This document shows, one piece after another, positions 52,144 through 63,062 of a stretch of DNA of 64,000 nt. This DNA comes from Myxococcota bacterium (GTDB lineage Bacteria; Myxococcota; XYA12-FULL-58-9; JABJBS01): positions 1 through 64,000 of the forward strand of contig JAYZAY010000020.1 of the NCBI GenBank assembly GCA_036339465.1, given 5' to 3'. How positions within the stretch are numbered: position 1 is the stretch's first letter; each line of letters starts with the position of its first letter. The notes below the pieces were generated by a model. That model saw only the letters and a program-made list of their open reading frames with translations. It had not been told where the DNA came from and made no database searches. The translations under genes and the position numbers were made by a program.

Positions 52144-53987
52144 AACTCCTTAAACTCTTGAAGCCATTTCTGCGGGAACAGCTCGGCGCCGCCACCATCG
52201 CCCTGATTGCCATGGTTGTCTACGCCATTACAACCGCACTTTACGCCTTTATCTCCGGTCCAGCCCTCAAATACTTATTCTCGGGAGAGGTCGACGATAT
52301 CCTAAAACAAACAGACGGAAAATTCAGAAGCGTATTCCGTATTCTTCCCCCAGAATGGCTCTCCAGATTAGAATCCTTCTCAATTCAGGATGGCGCCCTA
52401 TTTCTACCGCTCATCATCGTAGCCATTGCCACTATTAAGGGGCTCGCTCAGGCGGGACAATTCTATTACATGGGGGAAATATCCCAGAAATTGCTGAAAA
52501 GACTTCGCAGTCACAGCTTTGCTAACGTCGTCGACCAACCGATGGTCTTTTTCACTTCTCGATCCCAAGGCGACCTAATCAGCCGACTCACCAATGATGT
52601 CAATCAGATCGAGCAAGCAATCTTTTACGGATTGGGCCCTATGATTCGAGAGCCCTTGGTTCTCTTGGGGCTTCTAACCTACCTTTTCGGCAGTCACACC
52701 CAGTTGGCTCTCTTAACCTTCATTACAATTCCCATCGCCGCTGTTCCATTGGTACGATTCACAACCTGGCTCAAATCAGTCTCCAAACGCGGACAAGGAG
52801 CTCAAGCTGAAATGAATAGAAATATGTATGAAGCCCTAGCGGGTATTCAGGTTGTCAAAGCTTTTGGCACCGAAAAACAAGAAGCCAACAAACTCAATAT
52901 ATCGAGCATCCAATACCTTAAAGAAATGTTGGCGAGTTATTTCATTAGAGCGGTCCGAACGCCGGTTATGGAAGTCCTAGGAGCCGTGGCATTGGCCGCA
53001 ATTATTGGATGGGTCGTCCAAGGTAGCGCGTCTTCTCAATCTGACCCCGCTGACTATATGAGTTTTTTCGCGGCCTTACTCTTTATGTACGACCCGATTA
53101 AGAAACTTGGTAAGGTGGCAGATTTTATTGCCACTGGCGATGCTGCTGCCGAACGAATCGACGAAGTGACTCAGCGAATGCCACAAGTAGAAGAGCCTCC
53201 CAATGCAACAGCCTATACGGAAGAAACACAAATCATAGGATTCAAGGATATCTCCTTTCGGTACAACGATAACTGGATCTTGAAAAATATCGACCTACAG
53301 TGTACCCGAGGAGAGACAATTGCCTTCGTGGGCGCCAGTGGGTCGGGGAAGACAACACTACTCAATCTCCTAGCCAGATTCTACGACCCTCAGCAAGGAA
53401 CGATTTCGCTGAATGACAAGGATACGCGTTCCATGACTTTAGCCAGTCTACGACAACAATTTAGCATCGTCGGACAAGACACATTTCTTTTCAACACAAC
53501 CGTCGCAGAAAACATTGCCTACGGCACTGAAAACTCTAATCCAAAAGATATCGAGGCTGCTGCTAAGATGGCCAACGCCCACGAATTCGTAACCAAACTC
53601 CCCAGTGGTTATGGTACCGTGATTGGCGAAAGGGGCATGACCTTGTCTGGAGGCCAGCGCCAAAGAATCGCAATCGCCAGAGCATTCCTACGCAATGCTC
53701 CAATCCTTTTACTTGATGAAGCAACCAGCGCCCTCGACGTAGAGAGTGAACAACAAATTCAAACAGCCCTAGACTCACTCATAAAGGGACGGACCTGCTT
53801 TGTCGTTGCCCATCGATTAACGACTATCCAAAACGCAGATAAAATATTGGTCATTAAAGAGGGTAAAATTATCGAAGAAGGAAATCATCGAAGCTTGCTT
53901 AATGCCAACACCGAATATGCCCGCCTTTATAGCATGCAATTTGAGTCTAACGAACCAACTCTCGCTATGGGGTCAACACAATGTTGA
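52140..53987 (+). CDS. msbA: MsbA-like ABC exporter
   Basis: TM domain plus GASGSGKT, LSGGQRQR, LDEATSALD; ATGA overlap with lpxB. Confidence 0.85.
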   Translation: MKLLKLLKPFLREQLGAATIALIAMVVYAITTALYAFISGPALKYLFSGEVDDILKQTDGKFRSVFRILPPEWLSRLESFSIQDGALFLPLIIVAIATIKGLAQAGQFYYMGEISQKLLKRLRSHSFANVVDQPMVFFTSRSQGDLISRLTNDVNQIEQAIFYGLGPMIREPLVLLGLLTYLFGSHTQLALLTFITIPIAAVPLVRFTTWLKSVSKRGQGAQAEMNRNMYEALAGIQVVKAFGTEKQEANKLNISSIQYLKEMLASYFIRAVRTPVMEVLGAVALAAIIGWVVQGSASSQSDPADYMSFFAALLFMYDPIKKLGKVADFIATGDAAAERIDEVTQRMPQVEEPPNATAYTEETQIIGFKDISFRYNDNWILKNIDLQCTRGETIAFVGASGSGKTTLLNLLARFYDPQQGTISLNDKDTRSMTLASLRQQFSIVGQDTFLFNTTVAENIAYGTENSNPKDIEAAAKMANAHEFVTKLPSGYGTVIGERGMTLSGGQRQRIAIARAFLRNAPILLLDEATSALDVESEQQIQTALDSLIKGRTCFVVAHRLTTIQNADKILVIKEGKIIEEGNHRSLLNANTEYARLYSMQFESNEPTLAMGSTQC

Positions 53988-55114
53988 AAAAATTGTTTCT
54001 AACCAGCACCTTGCTTTTGTTCATACTCTCGCTTGGATATGCGGCGTGGCTCAAATGGGGAATCGCTCCCTATCTTGGCTATAAACCACCACATACGCCG
54101 CATATCCATGGTACTTTTCACGTGCATTCGGAGGCAAGTCATGACTCAAAAAATACGCTCGATAGCATCATCCGAGCAGCTAAAAAAAACAACCTCGATT
54201 TCGTCGTCGTCACAGACCACAATGTAGACGAGAGACGGCCCGGAACAAAACATGGTGTACACGTCATCTTCGCACCCGAGATCTCCACGCCCTTTGGACA
54301 TGCGATACGCTTCCCAAAACAGTCAACCAACACCGCACCACCACCATCAAACCTGACTCATCCACTTTTCACAAAAGAGAACCTTGCCCAACCAAATTCA
54401 TTGTTGATCGCCGCCCATCCCACCCTAAGAAGAAATCCATGGATTGGGCCTTGGGTGGGATTAGGGGGCATGGAAATAGCCAGTATCAACTCGAATCTGC
54501 AAAATAATTTTGGAAAATACTTAGAAAAGTCCATACCCGCCATACTTAGTTATCTTATAAATCCAACCCCGTTTTATGCCCTCCTCTATTCTCAAGATCA
54601 AAAAGCGATCTCACGATGGGATGACTACCAAAAAGAAAACATCCTCGGTTTCTGTGCTGTGGATGCCCACGACTGGGTACCACTCAATGATATCTTAGGA
54701 CTTTGGGAACTCGTGATACCGAGAGCAGAAAACCCCGAACCCATTTCTCCTGAGCAAATCATTGCAAGAATTAATGCCGGAAAATTTTACTGCCGAGCCA
54801 GCCGCCTCCTAAACAAAGACTCAGCTTTGGAGTTTTCCGTGAGTGCAGAAGAGCCTGCCCATGATCTCAAAACACAATTTACCGTCAAACAAATCAAGGC
54901 TTCTTTTACTTCCCCCCCAATGGCGGGAAAGCCACCACGACTGGTGCTCTATCGCTTTGGCATTCCTATTCTAACCACCACAGACTCAAATCTGTCCTAC
55001 AAAACCACCGAGAAGGGCAGATACCGAGTAGAAGGGCAACTTTATTTACCAACCATCACCGGAACACACAAATGGATTACCGTCATGTACTCCAACAAGA
55101 TTCTTGTGCACTAA
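53981..55114 (+). CDS. PHP-domain metallohydrolase with N-terminal membrane anchor
   Basis: HVHS..SHD, VVTDHN, EIS..GH, AAHP, AVDAH. Confidence 0.8.
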   Translation: MLKKLFLTSTLLLFILSLGYAAWLKWGIAPYLGYKPPHTPHIHGTFHVHSEASHDSKNTLDSIIRAAKKNNLDFVVVTDHNVDERRPGTKHGVHVIFAPEISTPFGHAIRFPKQSTNTAPPPSNLTHPLFTKENLAQPNSLLIAAHPTLRRNPWIGPWVGLGGMEIASINSNLQNNFGKYLEKSIPAILSYLINPTPFYALLYSQDQKAISRWDDYQKENILGFCAVDAHDWVPLNDILGLWELVIPRAENPEPISPEQIIARINAGKFYCRASRLLNKDSALEFSVSAEEPAHDLKTQFTVKQIKASFTSPPMAGKPPRLVLYRFGIPILTTTDSNLSYKTTEKGRYRVEGQLYLPTITGTHKWITVMYSNKILVH

Positions 55115-55125
55115 CCCAAAATCAC

Positions 55126-55620
55126 TCACATCGCCCCAATCGCTCTCATCAGCCCACCTAACTGACAGGGTTGAGAAAAACCTAAGACTTCTCTCACCCC
55201 ACCCCGTAAATCTAGAACGGCTATCGACCCGGGGCTAAAGGGCAACATAGCCATCTTTTCATCCCCGGTCATCAGCTCACACACCGTAGCAACTTCGGGC
55301 ATATGACCAACAAACAATACCTTCGAAAAACTGGCCGCCGCATCAATAACATTTTGATAAGACTCGGCTCCTTGCCCCGAAGCAAGCCCTGGTTCTACAA
55401 ACACGGATAATTCTTCTGAATAAGCTCGCGCAATTATCTGAGCGGTTTGCCGAGTCCGAACGAACGGACTGGCGAAAATAGCATCGAGCGGTAGAAAAGC
55501 TCCGATACTCTTACCTACTTCTTCAACGGTACGCCGCCCGGTCTCGGTCAATTCACGAAAACTGTCACCTTTCTGATGATTCTCTTCGGCAGCCCCATGT
55601 CTCATAATAAACGCCAACAT
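55126..55620 (-). CDS. sixA: Phosphohistidine phosphatase SixA-like
   Basis: MRHGAAE, RELTETG, SPFVRTRQTA, VGHMP. Confidence 0.85.
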   Translation of the reverse strand: MLAFIMRHGAAEENHQKGDSFRELTETGRRTVEEVGKSIGAFLPLDAIFASPFVRTRQTAQIIARAYSEELSVFVEPGLASGQGAESYQNVIDAAASFSKVLFVGHMPEVATVCELMTGDEKMAMLPFSPGSIAVLDLRGGVREVLGFSQPCQLGGLMRAIGAM

Positions 55621-55633
55621 TATTTCCCTAATC

Positions 55634-57577
55634 CTATTTCTCTGGGCGCTTTACGTTCCACACCATAATACTACTATCGGCACTGCCGCTCATCAAAAAT
55701 TTATGGTCAGTCGTAAAATGTAATCGCAAAGTTGGCCACGAGTGTCCGGCAAGCTTAAGAATTTCCTGTGCAGCCTCCACATCCCACACTCGAATATCGT
55801 CCCAACTTCCACTGGCCATCGTTCTACCGTCTTTTGAGTAAGCAATAGAGTAGATTGCATCATCATGGGCAGCTAATTGAAAAACATCTTTGAACCCCTC
55901 ATCAACCCCCCAAAAGCGAAGCGTGGTATCGAGACTCCCTGTGGTCAGAAATCTTCCTTGGGGATCCCAAGCCAGCGCGGTCACTGCAAATTGATGCCCC
56001 CTAATGACATGAACTTCCTTTCCTGTTTCGGTGTCCCAAACACGGGCAGTATGGTCATAGCTTGAAGTTGCCACATACTGCCCATCAGGGGAAAACCGAG
56101 CACGGGTCAATCCTTCTTGGTGCCCTTGAAGCAAATGAATTTTTTCAGGAACATCCTTGGTTATGTCCCAAATAATGGCACTTGCATCGGAACATCCAGT
56201 CACGAGCTTTGTATCGTCCGGAGAAAAATGCATGTCCGCAATACTTCCCTTATGGGCCTGCCAAATCTTAAACATCTTATTTTTCTTGTACGCCCAAAAG
56301 CGAACTACACCACCCCTCCCTCCCGAAGCGATGATCATGTTGTCAATAGCAGAAAAAGCCAACGCAGTAACGTCGGTATCATGGGCAGTAAAATTGAAAT
56401 AATGTCCCGCCGCCTTATTTTGCGCGACCACTATTTTTTCCGCCTCCCCACGAGCAATGAATTGATTGTTCGGAGATACGGCCATAGCCCGAACAGGGAG
56501 TTTGTGATTCGTTACGCGTAAAAGCTCATTCCCTGTAATTGAATCCCAAATTCGAATCGTATCATCGGCACCCCCGAGAGAAATGAGCTTACCATCTCCA
56601 GACATATCCATCGCAGTGATAGAAGCGATACCTTTATCAAACTTAAAATACTCAGCACTGGTCACAACATCCCAAAAACGCACGGTTTTATCGACCGAGG
56701 CAGTCGCAAAAGTTCGGCCATCGGGCGTAAAAATAACGGCAGTAATCCGATCTTTATGCCCCTGGAGCTTAGGGCGCATCTTACCCGTTTTCACGTCAAT
56801 GGTACGCGCCAATCCGGTCTGCATTCCCACACCTAGGGTTTTTCCGTCCGGGGAAAAAGCCAGCGCCTTCAGTTGCCCAGAAAAACCCCTAATCGTTTTA
56901 AACGGTCTTTTCTTCCTTGGTTTCCATAGCTTGACGGTTTTGTCATTGCTCGCCGTAGCAATGACTGAACCATCAGGAGAAAATCTCACTGCGGACACCG
57001 AGCCTTTATGCCCACTTAAGACCTGTACCTTACGCTTTTTCTTTAAATCCCACAGTATCGCCCGACGGTCCCAGCCTGAGGAGACCAAATAACGCTCATC
57101 CGGTGAGACATCCACAGAAAGCACGGAACCTTCGTGCCCCTTAAAGGTATGGAGCTTCTTTCCATTACGTGGATCCCAAACGTGAACCCCAGTCGCAGCC
57201 GAAATAAAGTACTCTCCCTTGGGCGAAAAGGTTACCGCGTGAACAGAAGCTTCATGGGGACCAATTTTCAAAATATCCCGACCTGTCGCGAGATCCCAAA
57301 AACGGACCATACGGTCCTTACTCGCAGACGCCAACACTCGACCATTTGGGGAAAAAGAAACACTTGTGACAAACTCTCCAAATTTGGTCGTTAGGGATCG
57401 ACGAGCTTGGTTGGGTAAAAGCCTATCTTTCCCACAGAGTGGTAAGACCGCCCCGGTACGGTCCTTGTTCGGGTTTGGATTCGGACACTTAAGATAAGGG
57501 ATCACTTTCTTCTCGTTTGAACAGGCGCCCTGCAACAAAAAGCATAATGCCGCTATGTAGAATGGCAGAATCTTCAC
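55634..57577 (-). CDS. WD40-repeat lipoprotein (about 14 repeats, two beta-propellers)
   Basis: Lipobox-like LQGAC; repeated GH..V.AV.FSPDG..ATAS.D.TV..WD units. Confidence 0.9.
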   Translation of the reverse strand: MKILPFYIAALCFLLQGACSNEKKVIPYLKCPNPNPNKDRTGAVLPLCGKDRLLPNQARRSLTTKFGEFVTSVSFSPNGRVLASASKDRMVRFWDLATGRDILKIGPHEASVHAVTFSPKGEYFISAATGVHVWDPRNGKKLHTFKGHEGSVLSVDVSPDERYLVSSGWDRRAILWDLKKKRKVQVLSGHKGSVSAVRFSPDGSVIATASNDKTVKLWKPRKKRPFKTIRGFSGQLKALAFSPDGKTLGVGMQTGLARTIDVKTGKMRPKLQGHKDRITAVIFTPDGRTFATASVDKTVRFWDVVTSAEYFKFDKGIASITAMDMSGDGKLISLGGADDTIRIWDSITGNELLRVTNHKLPVRAMAVSPNNQFIARGEAEKIVVAQNKAAGHYFNFTAHDTDVTALAFSAIDNMIIASGGRGGVVRFWAYKKNKMFKIWQAHKGSIADMHFSPDDTKLVTGCSDASAIIWDITKDVPEKIHLLQGHQEGLTRARFSPDGQYVATSSYDHTARVWDTETGKEVHVIRGHQFAVTALAWDPQGRFLTTGSLDTTLRFWGVDEGFKDVFQLAAHDDAIYSIAYSKDGRTMASGSWDDIRVWDVEAAQEILKLAGHSWPTLRLHFTTDHKFLMSGSADSSIMVWNVKRPEK

Positions 57578-57627
57578 TGTATCATCGTAAGTTTATGTGG
57601 CTTCTATAGCAACTAGAAATCATGGGA

Positions 57628-58782
57628 TCATCGGAATGATGTGGGAAGATTCTCAATAGTATCAATTGCTTGCCGTGCCTCAATGTCGACAGAACTCGGT
57701 GAATCTAAATCCAAAACCGTCAGTAAATGCTGGTAGGCCGCCGTAGGCCTCTTGAGCCCATGAAGCTGAATTAAACCGGCACGTAAATGCGCTAAGGAGA
57801 GATTCTTACTCGTAGGCCGACTACCTATAAACCTCTGTAATACCACCAAAGCCTCACCAAACGCTTCTACTTCCGTAAGACCATCTGCCAACCCCAAAAG
57901 TGACCAGTCACCCAACTTCATTCGTTGATATTCATTCATCACTTCCAATTGTGCATAAGCCCCCAACCACTCCCCACGCTGTAAATCGTATTCAAAGGTA
58001 ACGTTGGCCGTAACCGATTGATTTTCTTTCTCAATTTTTTTCTCTTTTTGGTCTTCAATCCACTGAAGTATGCGAACAAAACCGAGCCCCGCAACAAATC
58101 CACCAATGTGGGCACCATGTGCCACACCGGATCCTCCCTGGTTGAAAAGAAACGGCAAAACGTTATCGACAATCAGATAAAAACCCAAAACAAACCGAGC
58201 CGGTACCAATATCACTTGTATGAAAATAAAGAGGACCATCACGACCCGAACACGATTTCTCGGAAACCACAAAAAATAGCATCCCAACACGCCGGAAATC
58301 GCACCAGAGGCCCCAACCAACGGGATTTGAGAATCCGACTGAAAAATCGAGTAGAATAAAGTCGCCGCAAAGCCAGTCGCAAAATACATTCCCACGAAAC
58401 GAATGCGCCCCAAACGAGCCTCTACATTGTCCCCGAATATCCAAAGGAATAGCATATTACCCAACAAGTGCATCCAGCCCGCATGTAAGAACATAGAAGA
58501 TAGGAGTGCCAATATATCTGGGGACGCCGGCCTAAACCCCCATTTAAACACAAATAAATCGTATTCTGAAATCGAGCGTAAAAGATGATAGCCACCCACC
58601 CCGGTTTGCCGACCAATCTCTCGCAAATATTCGTAAAGAAGGGGGTCGTTTCTCGTCACCGGAACATCCATCCGAGGCAACGTGAAAGCTAAAAATAAGA
58701 GCACATTGAGAGCAATAATCGCATACGTCACCACTGGAGTCTGACGTGGGTTTGGCTCATCTCCAATGGGTAAAAACACCAA
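57628..58782 (-). CDS. Rhomboid intramembrane serine protease with C-terminal TPR-like region
   Basis: SMFLHAGWMHLLGNMLFLWIFGDNVE, GASGA, VAHGAHIGGF. Confidence 0.92.
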   Translation of the reverse strand: MVFLPIGDEPNPRQTPVVTYAIIALNVLLFLAFTLPRMDVPVTRNDPLLYEYLREIGRQTGVGGYHLLRSISEYDLFVFKWGFRPASPDILALLSSMFLHAGWMHLLGNMLFLWIFGDNVEARLGRIRFVGMYFATGFAATLFYSIFQSDSQIPLVGASGAISGVLGCYFLWFPRNRVRVVMVLFIFIQVILVPARFVLGFYLIVDNVLPFLFNQGGSGVAHGAHIGGFVAGLGFVRILQWIEDQKEKKIEKENQSVTANVTFEYDLQRGEWLGAYAQLEVMNEYQRMKLGDWSLLGLADGLTEVEAFGEALVVLQRFIGSRPTSKNLSLAHLRAGLIQLHGLKRPTAAYQHLLTVLDLDSPSSVDIEARQAIDTIENLPTSFR

Positions 58783-59092
58783 TCCACCTCAATCATGAGT
58801 GCATAAAAGCACACGGTTTAATTCATGCCCTATAGTATGCTCCACAAGCACACTCCAACTATTCATCACAACCTTTTCAATTAAGTGAAAGAGATCGTAA
58901 CGCCATCCTTAACCACCCAGCCCCCTCATTTGGATTATTGCAAGCACTGTCGTTAACACAAAGATCCGGCACCCTCTTCAGCCCAAGCGGAGCTTCGCCA
59001 CCGATCTTGCACCCATAAACGATAAAATCGAGGTGAATCCTTGATTTAGCGTTGTGACATGCGCATTAAAAACCAAGGAAATAGCGAAAAAT

Positions 59093-60997
59093 ATGCATAT
59101 TACTGATTGGCTCATCGTTGGACTCTATATTTTAATTGCCCTTGGCGTAGGCTGGTATTATCGCAACCGGGCTCAAGAGAGCATGGAATCCTATTTTACC
59201 GGCGGTCGCAACATCCCCGGTTGGCTCATTGGCACCAGCATGGTAGCGACCACCTTCGCCGCCGACACCCCCTTGGTCGTCACCGGTATTGTGGCCAAAA
59301 ATGGCATCGCAGGAAATTGGTTCTGGTGGAGCTTTGCCATCAGCCACGTTCTGGCCGCTTTTCTCTTCGCCCCCTTTTGGCGTCGGGCCGAAATCATCAC
59401 CGACGCAGAACTGGTCGAAATTCGATACAGCGGTAAAGCTGCAACCTGGCTCAGAAGTAGCCGGGCATTCATGTTTGCAATCCCCATCAATTGCATCATC
59501 ATGGGCTGGGTTATTAGGGCCATGGGTAAAATCGTCAGTGTCCTCTTACCTTGGGACCAATGGCTCCCCGCCGAATTCTACGCTGCTCTGGTGGAGGACT
59601 GGCCGTCGTGGCTCGCCATAGGCACACCATCGGAAGCTATCTCTATCATCTTGGCAGTTGGCTTTGCCACATGCTACGCATCCTTAGGAGGATTGCGGTC
59701 AGTTATCATGACCGACTTTTTGCAGTTCGGCTTCGCAATGGTCGGAAGTATCGCCCTAGCCCTCTTTGCCGTACAAGAAATAGGTGGGCTTGATGCAATA
59801 CCCGACAAATTGGCGAATATTTACGGCAGTGAATCTCATGATATTCTTTCGTTTTTTCCACAGGGCGATTCCAAATGGCTCCCTCTCGAAACCTTTCTCG
59901 TCTATCTCTTGGTACAATGGTGGGCCCAGAAATTCTCGGATGGGGGAGGTATTATTGTGCAACGCATGAGCGCCGCCAAAGACGAGGCCCATGCCATCGG
60001 GGGAACCTCCTGGTTTGTCATCGCCCATTATGCACTACGGCCATGGCCTTGGATCCTCGTAGGACTCGCGAGCCTCATCATCTTCCCAAAAATCGGAGAA
60101 CTCGGCTTGCATCCGATGCAATCGGTGGTTCTAGCTGACCGTGAAATGGCCTACCCAATACTTATGCAAGAGCTCCTACCCGTAGGGCTCCTTGGAATAA
60201 TGGTCACCGGTATGCTTGCCGCATTCATGTCAACCATCGATACACACATTACTTGGGGAGCATCATACTTAGCCAGTGATTTTTATCGCCGCCTCATCCG
60301 GCCCGATGCAAACGACCAAGAGCTGGTAAAAGTGTCTCGTTACTCTGTAATCGTCATGGTCGTTCTCTCGCTCATCGCCACAAGTCAAATAAGCACCATT
60401 GAAAACGCTTGGAAATTTGTAACTGTCCTTGGTTCAGGGCTCGGTCTGGTGACCATTCTAAGATGGGTCTGGTGGAGAATCACAGCCTGGAGTGAACTGG
60501 CCGGCCTTTCCATCTCTGTCGTTCTCGCCATTTTGCTCTATGGAACTCCCCTCGGAGAATTGCTGACCGGCGGTGACTATGGAAAAACACTGTTATTGGT
60601 GGTCAGTATTTCGACCATGGTCGTCCTAGGGGTTACATTTTTGGGTCCCCAAGAATCCATCACCAAACTAGAAGAGTTTTATGCTCGAGTTAAACCCTAC
60701 GGCTTTTGGGGCCCCATTACTGAAAGTTACAAAAACCAGGGTCACAGACTTCTACCCAAGGCAATGCTTAATTGGTGCATCGGCACGGTTTTCTTGTTCC
60801 TGACGCTCTTCGGAATTGGAACCACCTTATTGAACGACACGATACTGGGCTTGACAGTCACCACCACCGGAATATTTGGCTGGATTTACTGCACCAAGAT
60901 AGCAATCAAGCAAAGCCGCCTCCAGACCTCTACACCCCCTGCTCAAAAATTTGTAAAAGGTCACGAAAATGAGTTGGTTCCGGCCACATCGGACTAA
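59093..60997 (+). CDS. Sodium:solute symporter family protein
   Basis: SMVATTFAADTP, GGLRSVIMTD, QRMSAAKDE, AAFMSTIDT. Confidence 0.9.
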   Translation: MHITDWLIVGLYILIALGVGWYYRNRAQESMESYFTGGRNIPGWLIGTSMVATTFAADTPLVVTGIVAKNGIAGNWFWWSFAISHVLAAFLFAPFWRRAEIITDAELVEIRYSGKAATWLRSSRAFMFAIPINCIIMGWVIRAMGKIVSVLLPWDQWLPAEFYAALVEDWPSWLAIGTPSEAISIILAVGFATCYASLGGLRSVIMTDFLQFGFAMVGSIALALFAVQEIGGLDAIPDKLANIYGSESHDILSFFPQGDSKWLPLETFLVYLLVQWWAQKFSDGGGIIVQRMSAAKDEAHAIGGTSWFVIAHYALRPWPWILVGLASLIIFPKIGELGLHPMQSVVLADREMAYPILMQELLPVGLLGIMVTGMLAAFMSTIDTHITWGASYLASDFYRRLIRPDANDQELVKVSRYSVIVMVVLSLIATSQISTIENAWKFVTVLGSGLGLVTILRWVWWRITAWSELAGLSISVVLAILLYGTPLGELLTGGDYGKTLLLVVSISTMVVLGVTFLGPQESITKLEEFYARVKPYGFWGPITESYKNQGHRLLPKAMLNWCIGTVFLFLTLFGIGTTLLNDTILGLTVTTTGIFGWIYCTKIAIKQSRLQTSTPPAQKFVKGHENELVPATSD

Positions 60998-61115
60998 ACT
61001 TTCTCTTGCTTAGTCCAACGACAATTCATAGTTGAAGTGCGTCCAGCTGAGAATAGTGGTCCCTTTGCAGGCCGGCCATCAGAGGATAAGACAAATACAA
61101 ACCCCTGTGAGGAAG

Positions 61116-62390
61116 ATGCAGCACGGTCAACAAGAATTTGCAGGCGGCGTATTCAACGAGAAACTCCCTTCGGGGCGAGCCGGGGCGTCCATTGTTCTAG
61201 ACCAAAGCGGCATCCAAGCCTTCACCCCAGACCAAAAACAGTTTCAAATCCCCTGGAGCGATGCTTGCGTCGAACTGGGAGGCGCCAGTGGTAAAATGCT
61301 CTTCTGCAGAAATCACGGCCGGAGTATCACAATCTTCAGTGAAGCCCCTGGCTTCATCCATAGCGTTCGAAACTTCGGTGGCCCTATACTGGGTTCTCAA
61401 TTTGCTCCGATCGAACGAAAAATGGCTCATAAACGTATGGGAGTTATGGCGTTCTGGAGCATCTGTCTTGGGCTCTTGGGGTTATTGGCCTGGGGTGGTT
61501 TGAAAATATGGACAGACGGACTCGATGTCGCAGTCGATGCTATTCCATATTCCGTGGATGAAGCCATCGGAGAATACGCTTGGAAAAGTATGGATTTGGG
61601 GGGGGCAGAAATCAAATCAGCAAAGCCACGTGAGGCCATTGAAAAACTACTGAAACAAATTGGCCAACACCGAAAACTCAAGGATTCAAAATTCGAGTTC
61701 AAAATAATAAGAAATCCAGCGACCAACGCCTTTGCGCTCCCCGGGGGAAAAATTGTCGTCTTCTCCGGATTAATAGAAAAAGCCCAAAGAGCGGAACAGG
61801 TCGCCGGGGTACTCGCCCATGAAATCTCCCATGTCACTCTACGACATGGCGTAGAGAGACTCATCCAATCGGCGGGCGTCGTTACACTCATTCAACTAAG
61901 TATGGGAGATGCCACCGGCTTACTTGCCGTGGCCGCGAAACTAGCGAGCATTGCTGCGGTCAACCAATATAGCCAAGTCCAAGAGTCTGCAGCAGATACC
62001 GAGGGCACACATATGCTCTACCAAGCCGGTATCAATCCAGAAGGACTCATCGGCTTCTTTGAGCTTCTCAAAAACGAGATGGACGAGAAAAACGAGAAAA
62101 AACCGGAGTTTCCAGACGAAGAAAAAGACAAAGCCCCGAGAGACCAAGACGATGAATTCGAAAACGACGAGTCGGCCACCAATGAAGCAAGCGAGAAAGA
62201 GAAACAAGCGCAAGCAATCAACACCGTCATGGATTGGCTAAGCACCCATCCCGCACACCAAGAACGAATCGACGCTATCAATGCCTTACTTCAAACCCTA
62301 CCGAGAAAAGCTTATTCCCCCATTGACGTCCATTGGGCACAAGTCCAACAAGCCGTCAAAGAAACCGAGAAAGAAGGAGCCAACCCATGA
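61116..62390 (+). CDS. M48 (Oma1/BepA-like) zinc metalloprotease, membrane anchored
   Basis: TM segment; NAFALPGG, LAHEISHV, YSQVQESAAD, WLSTHP..ERI. Confidence 0.9.
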   Translation: MQHGQQEFAGGVFNEKLPSGRAGASIVLDQSGIQAFTPDQKQFQIPWSDACVELGGASGKMLFCRNHGRSITIFSEAPGFIHSVRNFGGPILGSQFAPIERKMAHKRMGVMAFWSICLGLLGLLAWGGLKIWTDGLDVAVDAIPYSVDEAIGEYAWKSMDLGGAEIKSAKPREAIEKLLKQIGQHRKLKDSKFEFKIIRNPATNAFALPGGKIVVFSGLIEKAQRAEQVAGVLAHEISHVTLRHGVERLIQSAGVVTLIQLSMGDATGLLAVAAKLASIAAVNQYSQVQESAADTEGTHMLYQAGINPEGLIGFFELLKNEMDEKNEKKPEFPDEEKDKAPRDQDDEFENDESATNEASEKEKQAQAINTVMDWLSTHPAHQERIDAINALLQTLPRKAYSPIDVHWAQVQQAVKETEKEGANP

Positions 62391-63049
62391 ATGTGGACAT
62401 CCGATATCAACCGGCCTTCGCAACCATATTCGCATCACTGCTGCCAGGAGAGTCCATTATCGCAGAGGCCGGTGCTATGGCGAGCATGAGCCCGCAACTG
62501 GAAATGAAGGCACGCTTTAATGGCGGTTTCTTCACTGCAATTTTGCGAAAGATTTTCGGTGGCGAAACATTATTCGTCAATGAATTTTCTTGCCCTAGGG
62601 AAACCAATCCCGGTGAACTCGTTTTAACACAATCCTCACCGGGCGACATCGCGGAAATTGATTTACAGGGAAATACTTTACTCCTCACCTCGGGCAGTTT
62701 CATCGCTTGCACACCCGGTGTCAAGCTGGGTTTAGGCTTCGCGGGCTTTGCGAGTTGGCTTGGAAAAGAAGGACTCTTTAGACTCTCTGTCAGCGGCCAC
62801 GGCAAAGTATGGATTGGGGGATACGGTGGAGTACTGAAACAAAATATTCAGAATGAGCTCGTCGTCGACACCGGTCATCTATTGGCATACGAGCCCACCA
62901 TCTCGCTCTCCATCAGTCTTTCCGGAGGCATCTTCTCCAGCTTCTTTAGCGGTGAAGGCTTTGTGAGTAGGATAAGGGGTCAGGGAGACATCTACCTCCA
63001 AAGTAGAAGCCTAGACGGACTTACAAGCTGGACCAACAAATACTTGTAG
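62387..63049 (+). CDS. TIGR00266/AIM24 family protein 1
   Basis: AEAGAMASMS, GGETLFVN, EGLFRL, VDTGHLLAY, SGEG, YLQSR; ATGA overlap with the protease. Confidence 0.9.
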   Translation: MNVDIRYQPAFATIFASLLPGESIIAEAGAMASMSPQLEMKARFNGGFFTAILRKIFGGETLFVNEFSCPRETNPGELVLTQSSPGDIAEIDLQGNTLLLTSGSFIACTPGVKLGLGFAGFASWLGKEGLFRLSVSGHGKVWIGGYGGVLKQNIQNELVVDTGHLLAYEPTISLSISLSGGIFSSFFSGEGFVSRIRGQGDIYLQSRSLDGLTSWTNKYL

Positions 63050-63062
63050 TAACCAGGAGTTC

